Shown one piece after another: positions 26,201-32,846 of a stretch of 32,846 bases of DNA. The stretch's first letter is position 1, and every line of letters starts with the position of its first letter. Under the pieces are notes generated by a model. The model saw only the letters and a list, made by a program, of their open reading frames with translations, searched no databases and had not been told where the DNA came from. This DNA comes from Gonapodya sp. JEL0774 (lineage: Eukaryota): positions 124,001-156,846 of the forward strand of contig JADIIX010000048.1 in NCBI GenBank assembly GCA_027604505.1, given 5' to 3'. The position numbers and the translations under genes are program-made.

Positions 26201-28526
26201 AAACCGCTAGTAAACGTACGCAGTCTGCGAAGCCAACTAAAACGTACAAGCTACTCGGGTGGAAGGCGACGCTGCAGGAGTGGTGCGGGTAAGTAGCCGA
26301 GCTCTCAGCCCAATTGCATATTAGACTTCAACCTACCTGATCGGTTCCTCGTTGAAGTACTTGACTACTTCGACACGGTTCTCAATGTAATTCCAGACAC
26401 GCACACTCTTGTCCATTCCGCATGTCACCACAAGTGGCTTCCTCACACAGGAGTCAAGACCAGTGATGTGACCATGGTGAAAGGTCTGCAGCAAGTGGCA
26501 CGCGGAATGACCGTCGTTTTCAGATGCGGCTCCACCATCTACAGAGCTCAGTGATGGCTTTGCGACATCATCAACTGCTTCGAGATGCACAGTCCATATC
26601 TGAGAGCCTTCCGTGGCGACAGCCACGACGTCCTCTGTTGGCGCAAAGGCCATAGACGATATCCCTCGTCCATCAGGTATGCGAACATCTTTAACTTTGC
26701 GATACGGAGTGTGTTCCACGACGGCTGCTGGAGCGGGTTCCATTGTCATCGCCGCGCTCCGAGAGACATCAGCCTCCTCGAAGAGTGCCACGCTTCCGGA
26801 AGAAGTTCCAATCAAGACGCCAGCAGCAAATGGGGTCATGCACACGATTGAGTGAACAGGCGGCGCACCGGCCAGGTGAGTTCCCATGCCAGCTTGAAGC
26901 TTGGGGTTCGGTCTCAGACTTTGCCGTTGTTGGGTGGGCCCCGGTGGTGGAGGCGCAAGTTGTGAACTGGTGGAGAGTGTGAGGTGAGGTACTTCGGCTG
27001 TTATTTCACCAGATTCGATCAGAATGAGGTGAGATGTGTCGGTGCCGACGAGGATGCGGTCTGGTGCCACCCAAGCGTGAACATTGCCGACCTAAAACAG
27101 GTATTAAATAACCTCCAATTTTCAGCTATAATCCAAATGAGAAAAACGCGGTGGCTTTTCTCACCTTGCCTTCCAGTTTCACGGTCATCAATATTTTGAA
27201 CACACCGTCCGTATGCCGCACCACCCTCAAGAAACCGTCCCCGCACACAGAAACGACCGGTGACGCGGTATTACCACCACTCCACAGACCACCTGTCACG
27301 GTCGCAGCCCCCTTCTCCGTCGATGCAACACCGGCACCTGCAGGTTCCGAAAGATATGGGTTCACAGCAATGTGGCGGACTGCTGACGGAATCTGCATGA
27401 CGGTCGTGCATGTGCGGATAAAACCCAAGTGCCGAGGTTTGTCCCAGTTCCAATAATGAAGATTCCTAGAAGTACAAGAAGCAGAGGTGATGTTAGCTTC
27501 ACATGAATACTCGTTCCGGTAACTACAATACATGACCCACCAATCAGGACCACCAGTTTGTGCAAAAACCTGTTTGACGTCGTTACCAAAACTTAGACTG
27601 ATGAGCGAAAGTGATGCATGGGGATGTCCGCCTACAGGGCCGCTAGCCTGGGCATTGGCAACGACTTGGACAGTCGTTACGTCAGGATTTGGCGCCCCGT
27701 GTTGCTGCGTTGGGGACCCTGTAGGGGCACCTAAAGGCGCACCTCCCTTGCCAGTAACGCTCGACCCGTTCACCGAGTCCTTTGCCACTTTGCCCACGGT
27801 GGACGCGGCAGGCACCATACCCACAGTCGGCACAGCTGTTCCCACTCCCGTTTCAAACTCCGGGATCGTAAGTACTCTCTTCCTCTTGAGTGTTCGAATA
27901 TCAGCCACGATCACTTTGGGACCTGTCTCCGTCTTGACCGCAACCGCGAGATATTGCACTGTTGCAGCAACGAGCGCGTTCCGATTCATCCGGCCCTTGC
28001 GTCCGTTGCCTCCATTCCCACCAGCTGCCCCTGCATTTGAGACCAGCGCATTCACAGTGATGGCTCCCGACATAGCTACGGCGGTGATTTCGCCCTCGTG
28101 GACGGGGAAGAAACGTTGTTGTTTGGTCTCCACATTGTGGAACACGAGCTGGGTACCGGCGGAGTACAGGAGAGTCGATTCATCCGAATAAAAGAGAGCG
28201 TGCTAGATGGATGCCCAAGGATAAGAGAGGCAATGGCTGGCTCAAGGTGATCAGGGCAACTTCTTCACCTTCACGTCACCGCGAATTCCAAACACATGAC
28301 TGAGGGATCACCACCACGAGAGAGTAGCACGAGAGTTACATATGTTGAAAGGAAGGATCGTTGCGTCACCATTGCCCCTGATCCAAGCTCGGCGACGAGA
28401 TCCCATCTTATGGCAGCATCACACAGATCGCATCCGTCTTTGCACCAATTCCCATTCTGGTGGACTCTCAAACTCAGCAGAAGCTCACCTGGGGACCAGA
28501 AGAGACCGTGGTGCTGGATTCGACAT
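23235..28526 (-). CDS. CFAP57: Cilia- and flagella-associated protein 57 (WDR65): WD40 repeats + C-terminal coiled coil; multi-exon
   Basis: ATG at 28526. [116 protein letters not shown], a strongly conserved CFAP57 block. Confidence 0.93.
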
Positions 28527-28764
28527 GGTAGTTGAACCCACTGGCAGTTGAACGGCCGCGTGCTCAGTCATGCCGAACCATCCGATCGCCACAGCGTTCA
28601 AAACCAACAGTCGTCTCTTGGAACTGTTCAAGAGTCAATTTTATTCTATTTGTCTATTAGTATTGGTATTTTGGTATAATTTAAAGTTTCTCTACATTTG
28701 TTCTATTGGTACTAGTGGGGTTGCAAAAAGACGGTTGCTCGGCTTCAAAGGTACAAGTGCGGAT

Positions 28765-32846
<4,082 letters not shown>

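Overview
Gene-dense, intron-rich eukaryotic DNA (mostly 50-100 nt GT-AG introns), most likely from a zoosporic early-diverging fungus, inferred from fungal-type housekeeping genes together with the flagellar gene CFAP57; the species cannot be fixed from sequence alone. I reconstructed 12 spliced genes by hand: TRM8 (5' part only), an Adl1/LIG6-type DNA ligase, DBP7, mitochondrial bL9, KHDC4-like, an EBS/SHL-like BAH-PHD chromatin reader, CWF18/CCDC12, a BYE1/PHF3-like PHD-TFIIS-SPOC protein with an RS tail, SCAPER-like, beta-tubulin, CFAP57, and a final gene running off the right edge. That last gene is the most striking: a CaMKI-type kinase fused in frame, with no stop codon, to a sphingomyelinase-like EEP domain that has two degenerate active-site motifs. 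It lies in a compositionally distinct GC-rich block whose long introns mostly have G/U-rich 5' arms and C/A-rich 3' arms. Other points of interest are an obligatory GC-AG intron splitting the BAH aromatic-cage Trp codon and an unusually long, hairpin-rich intron in the BYE1-like gene. No mobile elements, CRISPR arrays, rRNA or tRNA genes were recognised. Family calls come from remembered motifs, not database searches.
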